NCBI GenBank assembly: GCA_965226585.1
Contig: OZ245366.1
Span: forward strand, 608,001-672,000
Source: Thermodesulfobacteriota bacterium
GTDB taxonomy: Bacteria; Desulfobacterota_D; UBA1144; Nemesobacterales; Mycalebacteriaceae
Length of the DNA: 64,000 nt
Reading direction: 5' to 3'
Shown here: piece by piece, positions 21,623-32,011 of the stretch
Numbering within the stretch: position 1 is the first letter of the stretch
Layout: each line of letters opens with the position of its first letter
The notes under the pieces: generated by a model
Told to the model about the DNA's origin: nothing
The model's input: only the letters and a program-made list of their open reading frames with translations
Database searches by the model: none
Program-made: the position numbers and the translations under genes

Positions 21623-22495
21623 ATGACAAACAAGGCCGAAATCCTTGCCGAAGCCCTTCCCTACATAAAGCGGTTTTACGGCAAATACATTGTAGTTAAA
21701 TACAGCGGCAGTCTCGTGGGCGAATCTCTCACGGGATTTGCGCGTGACATCGCGCTTATGAAATTTGTCGGTATGCACCCCGTTGTGGTTCACGGCGGCG
21801 GCAAGCAGATAGCGGCTCAACTCAAAAGCGAGGGAATGCAGTCCCGTTTTATAGCGGGGCTCAGGGTTACGGACAAGGAGATGATAAAGGTTGTGGCAAA
21901 GGTGCTTGCCGGAAGGGTCAACAAAAGCGTGGTCGCGGCGATAAGGAAACAGGGCGCGAAATCGGTCGGAATTGCCGGAAGCGACACTTCTCTTCTCAAA
22001 GTCGCCAAGGCGGACATCAGGCAGATTGCCGAACTCAACGGCGTAAAAGTTCCCCCCGGAGCCGATATCGGAATGGTGGGAGACATCAAAAAAGTGAACT
22101 CAAAACTTCTGCGCCTCTACTCGCAAGACGGGTACGTACCCGTTGTCGCTCCCATCGGCAGAGACTCTAAAGGCGACACCTACAACATCAACGCCGACCA
22201 CGCGGCGGGCAAACTGGCTTCGGCTCTCAAAGCCGAAAAACTGATTATGCTTACAAACGTTACCGGAATCCTTGACGGCAAAAAGAAACTGCTTTCGTCC
22301 GTTACCTTCAAGCAGGCGGACAGGATGATAAAAAACGGAACCATTGAGGGCGGCATGCGCCCCAAAGCCAAATGTTGTGTGGAGGCCGTTACTGAAGGCG
22401 TTAAAAAGGCGCACATCATAGACGGGCGAACCGTTCACGCGCTTATACTTGAAATCTTTACAGACGCCGGAATCGGAACTGAGATACGAAAATGA
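21623..22495 (+). CDS. argB: Acetylglutamate kinase
   Basis: EALPYI, VVHGGG, GLRVTD, NINAD, GGMRPK, EIFTDAGIGT. Confidence 0.96.
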   Translation: MTNKAEILAEALPYIKRFYGKYIVVKYSGSLVGESLTGFARDIALMKFVGMHPVVVHGGGKQIAAQLKSEGMQSRFIAGLRVTDKEMIKVVAKVLAGRVNKSVVAAIRKQGAKSVGIAGSDTSLLKVAKADIRQIAELNGVKVPPGADIGMVGDIKKVNSKLLRLYSQDGYVPVVAPIGRDSKGDTYNINADHAAGKLASALKAEKLIMLTNVTGILDGKKKLLSSVTFKQADRMIKNGTIEGGMRPKAKCCVEAVTEGVKKAHIIDGRTVHALILEIFTDAGIGTEIRK

Positions 22496-23688
22496 CGGAA
22501 GAAATAATCTCCCGCACCGATGGGGGCGCGATGAACACCTACCGGCGTTTTCAAATCGCGATTGAAAGGGGCGAAGGCTCGTGGCTGATTGACACCGCCG
22601 GCAAAAGGTATCTGGACTTCACATCCGGCATAGCGGTTGCCAACCTGGGGCACTGCCATCCGGCGCTCGTCAGCGCGGCAAAAAAACAGATGGAGACGCT
22701 TGTTCACACTTCCAATCTTTTCTACACGGAGCCGCAATCGCGGCTTGTGTCTCTTCTCACCCGCCACTCTTTCGCGGACAAAGTGTTTCTGTGCAACAGC
22801 GGAACCGAGGCGTCTGAGGGGGTTATAAAACTCCTCAGGAAATGGGCGCGAAACAGCGGACGCGAAAAAACCATAGTTTGCGCTTCCGGCTCTTTTCACG
22901 GGCGGACTCTGGGCGCGCTTGGAGCCACAAGCGGAGAGGCGTTCCGCGCCGGTTTCGAGCCTCTGCCGGAGGGTTTTGTGTTTGTTCCCTACGGAGACAC
23001 AGGCGCCGTTGACAGGGCGGTTGCGGAGCACCGCGCCTGCGCTTTTATGGTAGAGCCGGTACAGGGCGAAAGCGGAGTAATCATTCCGCCTGACGGCTAT
23101 CTCTCTTCCGTGCGGGAGATTTGTTCGCGCCACGGAGCCTTGCTCGCGCTTGATGAAATTCAGACCGGAATGGGCAGGACGGGAAAGATGTTCTGCTATG
23201 AGCATTCCGGCATAGAGCCGGATGTTGCCGCCATTGCGAAGGGGCTTGGCGGCGGAATACCTTGCGGCGCGGTGCTTGCGAGCGGAGAGGCGGCGGAGAG
23301 TCTTACTCCGGGGTCGCACGGAAGCACTTTCGGCGGCGGGGCGTTCGCGTCTGCCTGCGCGGCGGCGGTTATTGAGGAGATAGTTTCCTCCTCGCTTGCG
23401 GAAAACGCGCGTGAGCGCGGGCGGCGGCTTCTTGAAGGAATTTTCCCCGGCGATTTTCCGTCCGGCGCGGTCAAAGAGGCGCGGGTAATGGGGCTTATGG
23501 CGGGGCTTGAGTTCAACTCGCCCGATGCGGCGAAAGATGTTGTAAGCCTGTGCGCGGAAAAGGGACTGCTCACGATTCTGACCGCCGGAAACGTGATGCG
23601 GCTTCTTCCTCCGCTTATAGTTACGAATGAGGAGATAGACATTGCCGTCTCAACAATAAAAGAGGCGGCAAACGAGGTATGCGCATAA
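22492..23688 (+). CDS. argD: Acetylornithine aminotransferase
   Basis: NSGTEASE, SFHGRT, EPVQGESG, DEIQTGMGRTG, AKGLGGG, HGSTFGG. Confidence 0.93.
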   Translation: MTEEIISRTDGGAMNTYRRFQIAIERGEGSWLIDTAGKRYLDFTSGIAVANLGHCHPALVSAAKKQMETLVHTSNLFYTEPQSRLVSLLTRHSFADKVFLCNSGTEASEGVIKLLRKWARNSGREKTIVCASGSFHGRTLGALGATSGEAFRAGFEPLPEGFVFVPYGDTGAVDRAVAEHRACAFMVEPVQGESGVIIPPDGYLSSVREICSRHGALLALDEIQTGMGRTGKMFCYEHSGIEPDVAAIAKGLGGGIPCGAVLASGEAAESLTPGSHGSTFGGGAFASACAAAVIEEIVSSSLAENARERGRRLLEGIFPGDFPSGAVKEARVMGLMAGLEFNSPDAAKDVVSLCAEKGLLTILTAGNVMRLLPPLIVTNEEIDIAVSTIKEAANEVCA

Positions 23689-24617
23689 TGAGCAGGAATT
23701 TTTTAAGTGTTTTTGACGTTTCCGCGGGCGACATTGAAAAGATGATGGCGCGCGCGCTTGAGCACAGGGAGTACAGCGCGAAGGGGGCGGTGGGCAAGTC
23801 TCTTGAAGGCAAGGTTGTGGGGATAGTTTTTGAAAAGCCGTCCACGCGCACGAGGGTTTCATTTGAATCGGCGGCGGCGATGCTGGGCGCGCATCCGGTT
23901 TTTATAGATTCGGGAAGCACTCAGATAAACCGGGGCGAAACGCTTGAAGACACGGCGAAGGTTTTGTCTTCGTATGTTGACATAATAGTCATGAGAACCC
24001 ACGAGCAGGAGCGGATTGAGAGTTTTGCCGGGAGTTCATCAGTTCCCGTCATAAACGCGCTGAGCGAGATGGAGCATCCCACGCAGGCGCTCGCCGATAT
24101 GTTCACAATCGCGATGCAGGACATAGATTTGGCAAGTTTCAAACTCGCCTACATTGGTGACGGCAACAACGTGGCGAATTCGCTGATAGGAATGTCTTCC
24201 GTTCTGGGTTTTGACGTCGCGGTCGCGGCTCCTCCCGGCAGAGAGCCGGATGAGGGTGTGCTGAACAGAAGTGGAAAAAGCAACGGCAGGTCGGCGCACA
24301 TCACAATCACGAACGACCCTGCGGAAGCGGTTGAAGATGCCGATGTGATTTACACCGATGTGTGGGTCAGCATGGGGCAGGAAGGCGGCGGGGATGAGGT
24401 GAAAAAACTGTTCTCTCCGTATCAGGTCAACGCAGGGCTCCTTTCACGCGCTCCGGCAGACGCCGTTGTTATGCACTGCCTTCCCGCGCACAGGGGCGAG
24501 GAAATCACCGCCGAGGTGATGAACGACAAAAGGTTCATCGGCTTTGAGCAGGCGGAAAACAAACTCCATACCGCAAAATCGGTTCTGGAGTTCTTTCTTG
24601 ACTGGAAGGATGAGTAG
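23679..24617 (+). CDS. argF: Ornithine carbamoyltransferase
   Basis: KPSTRTR, HPTQALAD, DVWVSMG, HCLPAHRGEE. The start may be 23688. Confidence 0.97.
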   Translation: MRIMSRNFLSVFDVSAGDIEKMMARALEHREYSAKGAVGKSLEGKVVGIVFEKPSTRTRVSFESAAAMLGAHPVFIDSGSTQINRGETLEDTAKVLSSYVDIIVMRTHEQERIESFAGSSSVPVINALSEMEHPTQALADMFTIAMQDIDLASFKLAYIGDGNNVANSLIGMSSVLGFDVAVAAPPGREPDEGVLNRSGKSNGRSAHITITNDPAEAVEDADVIYTDVWVSMGQEGGGDEVKKLFSPYQVNAGLLSRAPADAVVMHCLPAHRGEEITAEVMNDKRFIGFEQAENKLHTAKSVLEFFLDWKDE

Positions 24618-24628
24618 GGCGCGAGTTT

Positions 24629-25189
24629 CTACTTTTTCGAAATCCTTGGCGGCGTGATGCCCTTCTGTTTCTGGTATTTGCCTTTTTTGTCCGCGTATGA
24701 CTTCTCGCACACTTCGTCTCCGTCAAAGAACAGAACCTGCGCTATTCCCTCTCCGGCGTAGATTTTTGCCGGAAGCGGGGTTGTGTTTGATATCTCAAGC
24801 GTTACAAAACCTTCCCATTCAGGCTCAAACGGGGTTACGTTCACTATTATTCCGCATCTGGCGTATGTGGATTTCCCGACACAGACCGTCAGAATACTGC
24901 GCGGAATTCTGAAATACTCAACCGTTCTCGCAAGCGCGAAAGAATTCGGCGGAATCACACAGTCTCCCTTTACCGACACAAAAGATTTTTTATCAAACTT
25001 CTTCGGGTCAACAAGAGTGCTGTGTATGTTCGTGAACACCTGAAACTCGTTGCTCACCCTGATGTCGTAGCCGTAGGATGAAAGCCCGTAGGAAATTTTT
25101 CCCTTGCTTACCTGCGACTGCACAAACGGCTCTATCATCTTCTGCCCGCGAGCCATTCTCCTTATCCACTTGTCGGATTTTATTCCCAT
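24629..25189 (-). CDS. dcd: dCTP deaminase
   Basis: [34 protein letters not shown]. Confidence 0.96.
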   Translation of the reverse strand: MGIKSDKWIRRMARGQKMIEPFVQSQVSKGKISYGLSSYGYDIRVSNEFQVFTNIHSTLVDPKKFDKKSFVSVKGDCVIPPNSFALARTVEYFRIPRSILTVCVGKSTYARCGIIVNVTPFEPEWEGFVTLEISNTTPLPAKIYAGEGIAQVLFFDGDEVCEKSYADKKGKYQKQKGITPPRISKK

Positions 25190-25209
25190 TTGTTCCCCCC
25201 TTCCGGCGG

Positions 25210-26247
25210 CTATGAAAACTGCCGGAGAAATCTTAGATCGTTTTCAAAAAAGAGCCGGATGTCGTCAATGCCGAACTTCAACATCGCCATTCTCTCAACT
25301 CCCATTCCAAAGGCAAATCCGGAGTATTCATCCGGATTGTATCCAACATTTTTGAACACCGCCGGGTCAACCATTCCACAGCCCAGCACCTCAATCCATC
25401 CGGTTTTTTTGCAAACCCTGCACCCTTTTCCCCGGCATATCACGCACTCTATGTCCACCTCCGCACTCGGCTCTGTGAAGGGAAAGAAACTGGGCCTGAA
25501 CCGGACGTTTGTGTCCTCGTCAAAATACATGTTGATGAAGCTGATTATAACGGACTTCAGGTTGGCGAAACTTACCTCCTCGTCAACCATAAGCCCCTCA
25601 ATCTGATGGAACATCGGCGAGTGGGAGACATCGCTGTCGCAACGGTAAACCTTTCCCGGAACCACAACGCGCACCGGGGGCGACTGCTTTTCCATAACGC
25701 GGATTTGAACCGGAGAAGTGTGCGTTCTCAGCACCATCTCATCCGATATGTAAAACGTGTCCTGCATATCGCGCGCGGGATGGTCTTTGCCTATGTTGAG
25801 AGCCTCGAAATTGTAGTAGTCAAGCTCCACTTCGGGACCGTCCATGATTGAGAAACCCAGCCTTTCAAATATCCCCGAAATCTCGCCCATAACCAGAGTA
25901 ACCGGATGAAGAGAGCCGGGCTCAGCACCGCGTCCGGGAAGGGTAATGTCTATCTTTTCCCCCGCAAGAGATTTTTCCGCGACTCCGCGTTTTAATTCGG
26001 ATATTCTTTCTCTCGCAAGCCCGTCAATCTCGTTTTTCGCCTTGTTCAGAACCGTTCCCGCGAGTCGTTTTTCATCCATTGAGGAGATGTCTTTGAGCGA
26101 TTTTATCATCGCCGTTATGGAGCCGCTCTTGCCCGTGTAGCGCGACTTTATCTGATGCACTGCCGATTCATCATCAGCCGCCGCCATCTCTTCGCGCGCT
26201 TTGCCCGACTCTTTTGCGACCTGTTTTTCCATATCTCCCGCACTCAT
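25210..26247 (-). CDS. pheS: Phenylalanine--tRNA ligase alpha subunit
   Basis: [42 protein letters not shown]; the ATG at 26247 overlaps the secF stop. Confidence 0.98.
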   Translation of the reverse strand: MSAGDMEKQVAKESGKAREEMAAADDESAVHQIKSRYTGKSGSITAMIKSLKDISSMDEKRLAGTVLNKAKNEIDGLARERISELKRGVAEKSLAGEKIDITLPGRGAEPGSLHPVTLVMGEISGIFERLGFSIMDGPEVELDYYNFEALNIGKDHPARDMQDTFYISDEMVLRTHTSPVQIRVMEKQSPPVRVVVPGKVYRCDSDVSHSPMFHQIEGLMVDEEVSFANLKSVIISFINMYFDEDTNVRFRPSFFPFTEPSAEVDIECVICRGKGCRVCKKTGWIEVLGCGMVDPAVFKNVGYNPDEYSGFAFGMGVERMAMLKFGIDDIRLFFENDLRFLRQFS

Positions 26248-27146
26248 TTCGCGGCTCCGTCTTTTTTCATTCTCACAAGAAACCACGGCGCGACAAAGAT
26301 GGAAGAGTAGGTTCCGGCAACAACGCCGACCATCAGCGTGAACGCGAAATCGTGTATCACCGAGCCGCCCAGAATGAACAGGGGAACAAGAACTATGAAC
26401 ACGGTGATTGTGGTGAGAACCGTTCTTGAAAGTGTGCGCGTGATTCCGAGATTGACAGAAGAGGTGAACTCAACCGGCTTGTCCTCTCCGGCGACCGTCT
26501 CCCGTATGCGGTCGAATATGACGATAGTGTCGTTCACCGAATAACCGATAACCATCAGCAGGGCGGCGACTATTGAAAGCGTTATTTCCTTGTCCGCAAT
26601 TGCCAGAGCGCCCATTGTTATAAAAACATCGTGAAGAAGAGCCGCGACCGCGCCCGTGGCGTACCCTATCTCAAACCTGAATATGAGATACATCAATATC
26701 GCGGCGCACCCGATGAGAACGGCAAACACCGCTTTGCGCACAAACTCGCGCCCCACATTCGGACCGATGTAGTCAATCCGCAAAACCTCAGAGCCCCGGA
26801 ACGCGGGAACCTTTTCAACCGCCGAGGCGAAACTCTTTTTGAAATTGTTTATCTCATCAGGCGGAAGGATTTCCGTTGAGAACTTGACGAGAAACTCTCC
26901 CGAAGTCTCAAGACCGAACCTCTGAACCGACACGGGTTTGTACCCCGAACCTGAGAACATTTCCCTCACTTCCGGCTCCCGCGCGGTGGAAGAATCAACC
27001 TTGATTTGAACCTCCGTTCCGCCCGTGAACTCAACTCCCAGTTTGGGTCCCCCTTCAATCACAACCGCCGCGAAACATGCCGCGAGCATAAGCAGTGACA
27101 GAACGGAGGTTTTGCCGAACCACGATGTAAAATTTACAGCCTTCAT
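26244..27146 (-). CDS. secF: Protein translocase subunit SecF
   Basis: LGVEFTGGT, GYSVNDTIVIFDRIRE, GTYSSIFVA. Confidence 0.96.
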   Translation of the reverse strand: MKAVNFTSWFGKTSVLSLLMLAACFAAVVIEGGPKLGVEFTGGTEVQIKVDSSTAREPEVREMFSGSGYKPVSVQRFGLETSGEFLVKFSTEILPPDEINNFKKSFASAVEKVPAFRGSEVLRIDYIGPNVGREFVRKAVFAVLIGCAAILMYLIFRFEIGYATGAVAALLHDVFITMGALAIADKEITLSIVAALLMVIGYSVNDTIVIFDRIRETVAGEDKPVEFTSSVNLGITRTLSRTVLTTITVFIVLVPLFILGGSVIHDFAFTLMVGVVAGTYSSIFVAPWFLVRMKKDGAAK

Positions 27147-27168
27147 AACTTAAATTTCCTTGAGAGGC

Positions 27169-28767
27169 TCAAGCCGTTTTCGCCCCCTGTTTCCAAATTG
27201 CTCCCGCTATAAGCCGCGCCACAATCAGGTTGCTGAAAACCGTGCAGACAATGCCCGTGCAAAGCGTGGCGGCAAATCCCTTTATCGGCCCGTCGCCGAA
27301 CCAGAACAGGATAACCCCGGCAAGCAGGGTCGTAACGTTGGCGTCAAGAATGGTTCTGACAGACCTTTTGTATCCGGCTTCAATGGCGTGCAGATGCGAC
27401 TTGCCCGCGTGCACTTCCTCCCTGATTCTCTCAAAGATGATTATGTTTCCGTCAACCGCGATGCCGAGCGTGAGTATCATTCCCGCTATTCCCGGAAGCG
27501 TGAGCGTTACGCCGAAAGACGCGAGAAGCCCCATTATAAACAGCATATTCAGCCCCAGCGCCAGATTGGCGACAATCCCGTGTGTGCCGTAATAGAAAGC
27601 CATGAACAGAATCACGAGAATGCCCCCGACAAGCATGGACAGTTTTCCCTTCTGTATGGAATCTCTTCCGAGAGAGGGGCCTATAAGCCTTTCCTGCTCA
27701 ACGAAAACCGGAACCGGAAGCGCGCCGGAACGTAGAACAAGGGCGAGATCCTGCGCTTCGGCTTGAGTGAACTCGCCGGTTATCTGCCCTTCAAAGGTTA
27801 TGCGGCTTTGCACCACCGGAGCCGATTTTACAACGCCGTCAAGCACTATCGCCAGCCGGTTGCCGATGTTGGCGCCGGTAAGTTTTCCGAACGCTCCCGC
27901 CCCCTTCCTCGAAAAACTGAACGAAACGGCGGGGCTTCCGAAGTTGTCAAACACGAGCCGCGCGTCTGATATGTGCTCTCCCGTAACAGACGCCTTTAAG
28001 TCCGTTATGAAGAAATTTTCGTTTCCGCCCTCATACGACGGATGAGCCGCAAGCCCTTTTTCTTCAAGGTTTTCCTCAGACCCCGCTTCCGCGCTCACAA
28101 GCGCCTGTTCAAGGGAAAATCCCTCGCCGTGAACTATTTTGAACTCCAGAACCGCCGTCTTTTTGATGATGTCAACAATTCTGTCCCTGTCCTTTTCCGA
28201 GGCGCCCGGAACCTGTATTACTATTCTGTTGTCGCCCACTTTTGTTATTGACGGCTCCACAAGACCGAAGTCCAGCACGCGGTTTTCTATCACCTGCCTC
28301 ACTTGTTCAATGGAGTTGTCTTTTATGCGCGAGATGTTGTAAGAGTCGGGGAAAATTCGCAGGGAGAGTTTTCCTTCGTCCGCTTCAACCGAAAGATATT
28401 CAAATCTTTTTTCAGCCGCGCGCCGGGCTTTTGTGAAACTGTTTGAATCCGCGAAATTCACCGTGAGGGAGAAATCTTTTATCTCCGTCTCCTCAATGGC
28501 TTCGCCCGGGTTTTCAAGTTCTTCGCTTAAGTATTCCCGCGCCGATTCAAGCCGCCTGACGACGCCCCGGTCGGTTTCAACTCCGAGTTGTATAAAAACC
28601 CCGCCCCGCAGGTCGAGCCCCAGCCGTATACCCCTTGCGGGAAACGCCTTTGACCACCATCCGGGCAGTTTATCGCCGACAATATTGGGAGCGAGAAATA
28701 TTCCCGAAAGAACTATAAAGACCGCTACGCCGGTCAGCCAGAGTCTGGAAACTCCGCCCAACCTCAT
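27169..28767 (-). CDS. secD: Protein translocase subunit SecD
   Basis: LGLDLRGG, AIVLDG, LRSGALP, AVDGNIIIFERIREE, DANVTT. Confidence 0.97.
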   Translation of the reverse strand: MRLGGVSRLWLTGVAVFIVLSGIFLAPNIVGDKLPGWWSKAFPARGIRLGLDLRGGVFIQLGVETDRGVVRRLESAREYLSEELENPGEAIEETEIKDFSLTVNFADSNSFTKARRAAEKRFEYLSVEADEGKLSLRIFPDSYNISRIKDNSIEQVRQVIENRVLDFGLVEPSITKVGDNRIVIQVPGASEKDRDRIVDIIKKTAVLEFKIVHGEGFSLEQALVSAEAGSEENLEEKGLAAHPSYEGGNENFFITDLKASVTGEHISDARLVFDNFGSPAVSFSFSRKGAGAFGKLTGANIGNRLAIVLDGVVKSAPVVQSRITFEGQITGEFTQAEAQDLALVLRSGALPVPVFVEQERLIGPSLGRDSIQKGKLSMLVGGILVILFMAFYYGTHGIVANLALGLNMLFIMGLLASFGVTLTLPGIAGMILTLGIAVDGNIIIFERIREEVHAGKSHLHAIEAGYKRSVRTILDANVTTLLAGVILFWFGDGPIKGFAATLCTGIVCTVFSNLIVARLIAGAIWKQGAKTA

Positions 28768-29135
28768 TCACCGGCCTTTTCTTCAATCTTTGAAGCCACC
28801 GCTCCGGCAGACGCCTTGACCGTTACGCCTTTGGCAATCTCAAGCGACAGATGACCGTCTTCAGCTATGTCCGTTATCGTGGCGTACAAGCCGCCGTTTG
28901 TGAGAACGTTGTCGCCGCGCTTGAGGTCTTTCAGCATCTGATCGCGCTGGCGCGACCGTTTCTGCTGGGGGCGGATTATAAGGAAATAGAACAGCACGAA
29001 AAGAAGCACAAAAGGCAGAAGCCCGACAAGCGGCGACTGCGATTTTCCGGCTTCCTCCGCAAAAGCGGACCCCGCAGGCGTCAACGCGAAAAGCGTTGAG
29101 AAAGATGAGAGAACAGTAAATTTTAAATTTTTCAA
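28764..29135 (-). CDS. yajC: Preprotein translocase subunit YajC
   Basis: FYFLIIRPQQKR, LKRGDNVLTNGG; TTG at 29135 with GGAGG upstream. Confidence 0.93.
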   Translation of the reverse strand: MKNLKFTVLSSFSTLFALTPAGSAFAEEAGKSQSPLVGLLPFVLLFVLFYFLIIRPQQKRSRQRDQMLKDLKRGDNVLTNGGLYATITDIAEDGHLSLEIAKGVTVKASAGAVASKIEEKAGE

Positions 29136-29194
29136 AACAGGAAGCCCTCCAAATGAAAATGACTGCCGTCCGGCGGACGGCGGAAACTTTTGAG

Positions 29195-29222
29195 ATTTTA
29201 TAACCATTCCATCTTTTTTCAA
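29195..29222 (-). promoter_or_regulatory. Putative yajC-secDF promoter (TTGAAA-N16-TAAAAT)
   Basis: Near-consensus hexamers between dapB and yajC. Confidence 0.55.
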
Positions 29223-29245
29223 CACCGCGCCCGCCGCAAGTTGCT

Positions 29246-30028
29246 CTACAGTCCCAGAACTTCCTTCATTCCGTACATTCCGGCGGGCTTGCCGCAGACC
29301 CATTTCGCCGCCCGTATCGCTCCCGCGGCGAATATGCCCCTGTCGCTTGCCCTGTGGGAAAGTTCAAGCCTTTCGCCGCCCGAGAGGAAAAAAACCGTGT
29401 GGTCTCCGGCGACCGCTCCGCCCCGCAAAGACTGTATTCCAATCTCTTTTTCCCCTCTCGCAAGCCCCGTTCCCTCGCGTGAGCAGACCGCCGCGCTTTC
29501 AAGCGACCGCCCCCCTGCCGCCGCCGCGGCGCGGGCAAGCGCGAGAGCCGTTCCGCTTGGCGCGTCCGCTTTTCCCGCGTGGTGAATCTCAAGCACCTCT
29601 ATGTCAAAACCGTCTCCGAGTTTGGCCGCCGCGTCTGAAACCAGCCGCTCAAGAACGTTGACTCCTATGCTCATGTTCGGCGCCATCACGCAAGCGAAAC
29701 CGCCTGAGAGTTCCTCAAGTTCCTCTCTTTGGGCGGGGGTGAATCCCGTTGTTCCGATAACCATTGCCCTGCCCGCCCCCGCGCAGTAACGGGCGTTTGC
29801 GAGTGTCGCCCGGGGGGATGTGAAATCCACCACCACGTTTGCTTGCGCGGAAGCGTCCGCAACGCTCTCTGAAACGCGCACGCCTTCAATTTCCGTGCCC
29901 GCGGCTTTGTGCCCCGCCATTTCAAACAGACCCGCGATTTCAACGCCGTCTGTCCGGACGGCTTCAGAGATTACCGCTCCGCCCATGCGACCGCCCGCTC
30001 CCGCCACTGATATTTTGACTGCCGCCAT
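29246..30028 (-). CDS. dapB: 4-hydroxy-tetrahydrodipicolinate reductase
   Basis: GAGGRMG, GTTG, APNMSIGV, EIHHAGKADAPSGTA. Confidence 0.96.
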   Translation of the reverse strand: MAAVKISVAGAGGRMGGAVISEAVRTDGVEIAGLFEMAGHKAAGTEIEGVRVSESVADASAQANVVVDFTSPRATLANARYCAGAGRAMVIGTTGFTPAQREELEELSGGFACVMAPNMSIGVNVLERLVSDAAAKLGDGFDIEVLEIHHAGKADAPSGTALALARAAAAAGGRSLESAAVCSREGTGLARGEKEIGIQSLRGGAVAGDHTVFFLSGGERLELSHRASDRGIFAAGAIRAAKWVCGKPAGMYGMKEVLGL

Positions 30029-30126
30029 CGTTTTATTTTTACAAGGGGCGAAAGTAAAGTAAAATCACTCCGCCGAAGGTTTAGGTTAAACGCCGGACGC
30101 GGAATTTCAACAAAAGATATCAAACA

Positions 30127-31002
30127 ATGAAAAGTATGACGGGCTTCGGAAGAGGCGAAACAGAGATTGAAGGCGGCAGGCTGATTGTGGAGGCGCGGAG
30201 CGAAAACCACAGATTTTTTGACGCCCGCGTCCAACTGCCGGAATCCTCAGGATTTCTTGAGCCGGAGATACTCTCGCAGTTAAAACGCGCCGTTTTGCGC
30301 GGAAAGGTTAAGGTGGCGGTTTTCTACGATTCCGCTTCCTCCCCGGAGCCGGAGATAGATATGTGCGCGGCGCGGGCGGCTCTTTCAAACTTGAAAAAGC
30401 TCAAGAAAAATCTGAATCTCAAGGGCGAAATCACGGTTGATCATGTTCTCTCTTTCGGTGACTTCATAACAAAAACCCGCAAAGAAAACGCGCCCGGTTC
30501 GCGCTCTGCGGCGAAGATAAAAAAAGCGGCGGCGGACGCGCTTGCGAAACTCAACGAGAGCAGAACGCGCGAAGGTTCTCTTTTGCGAAAGGAGTTGAGA
30601 CTGCGCGCTTCAAACTGCAAGGGGATTGTGCGGAAAATCAAAAGCGAACGCGGCAGATACGAAAAAGAGGTGAAGGGCAAACTCACCCGCAGAGCGAAAT
30701 CCCTTATCGGCGACAAGAACGTGGATGAGGCGACACTGTATCAGGAGGTTGTGGCGATTTATGAGAAAAGCGACATAACCGAGGAGATTGTGAGGATGAA
30801 TTCGCACCTTTCCCGCTTTTCCGGTTTTGTCTCAAAGACGGGCGTATCGGTGGGCAAGGAGCTGGATTTTCTTATTCAGGAGATGAACCGCGAGTCGGGC
30901 ACGATATCGGCGAAGTCAAAATCCCCGGCGATTTCACACCTCGCGGTGGACTTGCGCTCTGAGATAGAAAAGATGCGCGAGCAGGTTCAGAATGTTGAGT
31001 AG
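30127..31002 (+). CDS. yicC: YicC/YloC-family endoribonuclease
   Basis: SMTGFGR, RSENHRF, DITEEIVR, GKELDFLIQEMNRE, EKMREQVQNVE. Confidence 0.93.
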   Translation: MKSMTGFGRGETEIEGGRLIVEARSENHRFFDARVQLPESSGFLEPEILSQLKRAVLRGKVKVAVFYDSASSPEPEIDMCAARAALSNLKKLKKNLNLKGEITVDHVLSFGDFITKTRKENAPGSRSAAKIKKAAADALAKLNESRTREGSLLRKELRLRASNCKGIVRKIKSERGRYEKEVKGKLTRRAKSLIGDKNVDEATLYQEVVAIYEKSDITEEIVRMNSHLSRFSGFVSKTGVSVGKELDFLIQEMNRESGTISAKSKSPAISHLAVDLRSEIEKMREQVQNVE

Positions 31003-31093
31003 GGGTTTTGAAACAAAAAACAGTTGTGTTAGCATTGACGGGACTTTTTCTCAAAAAAGCGGCATCATCTGAAAATTCAGGGAGACAGACGGT

Positions 31094-31966
31094 ATGAGCA
31101 TTCTTGTTGACAAAAACACCAAAGTTATAGTTCAGGGGATAACCGGAAGCGCGGGGCTTTTCCACGCGACCCAGTGCAGGGAATATGGAACCTCGGTTGC
31201 GGGCGGCGTTACTCCCGGCAAAGGCGGAACGGATGTTGAAGGGTTTCCGGTTTTTGACACGGTTTCAGACGCGGTCGCGCAGACACAGGCAAATACTTCG
31301 CTGATATTTGTGCCCGCTCCCTTCGCCCTTGACTCCATACTTGAAGCCGCCGAAGCGGGTGTGGAACTTATAGTCTGCATAACCGAAGGCATTCCCACCC
31401 GCGACATTATGGTGGCGAAAAACTTTCTCAAAGGCACAAAATCCCGCCTCGTGGGTCCCAACTGCCCCGGCGTTATGACGCCCGGCGAAGCCAAAGTTGG
31501 CATCATGCCGGGATACATACACACCCCCGGAAGGGTGGGCGTTATATCCCGCAGCGGAACGCTTACCTACGAAGCGGTCTGGCAGCTTTCCAATCTTGGA
31601 ATAGGGCAGTCCACTTGCGTGGGAATCGGTGGAGACCCCATAATCGGAACAACTTTTACGGACGCGCTTGAACTTTTTGAAAACGACCCCGGCACAGACG
31701 CCATGGTGCTTATCGGAGAGATAGGCGGAAGCGATGAGGAAGAGGCGGCGGATTACATAAAGAACAACGTTAAGAAACCCGTTGCGGCTTTTATTGCCGG
31801 AGCCACCGCGCCTCCGGGCAAGAGAATGGGACACGCGGGGGCGATTATTTCATCAAGTTCGGGCGGGGCGGAAGACAAGTTCCGCGCTCTTGAACTCGCG
31901 GGAGCCGCGATTTGCAGAAGCCCCGCTGAAATGGGGGAGACGCTGAAGCGGAAAATCGGCGGCTGA
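31094..31966 (+). CDS. sucD: Succinate--CoA ligase alpha subunit
   Basis: [36 protein letters not shown]. Confidence 0.97.
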   Translation: MSILVDKNTKVIVQGITGSAGLFHATQCREYGTSVAGGVTPGKGGTDVEGFPVFDTVSDAVAQTQANTSLIFVPAPFALDSILEAAEAGVELIVCITEGIPTRDIMVAKNFLKGTKSRLVGPNCPGVMTPGEAKVGIMPGYIHTPGRVGVISRSGTLTYEAVWQLSNLGIGQSTCVGIGGDPIIGTTFTDALELFENDPGTDAMVLIGEIGGSDEEEAADYIKNNVKKPVAAFIAGATAPPGKRMGHAGAIISSSSGGAEDKFRALELAGAAICRSPAEMGETLKRKIGG

Positions 31967-32011
31967 CCGTCCGGTTTTGTCCTTCGCGCGCGAAAAAATC
32001 GCGAACATTTT

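Noticed and set aside
31035..31068. TTGACG as the sucD -35 box
   Set aside because: No acceptable -10 at 16-18 nt spacing.
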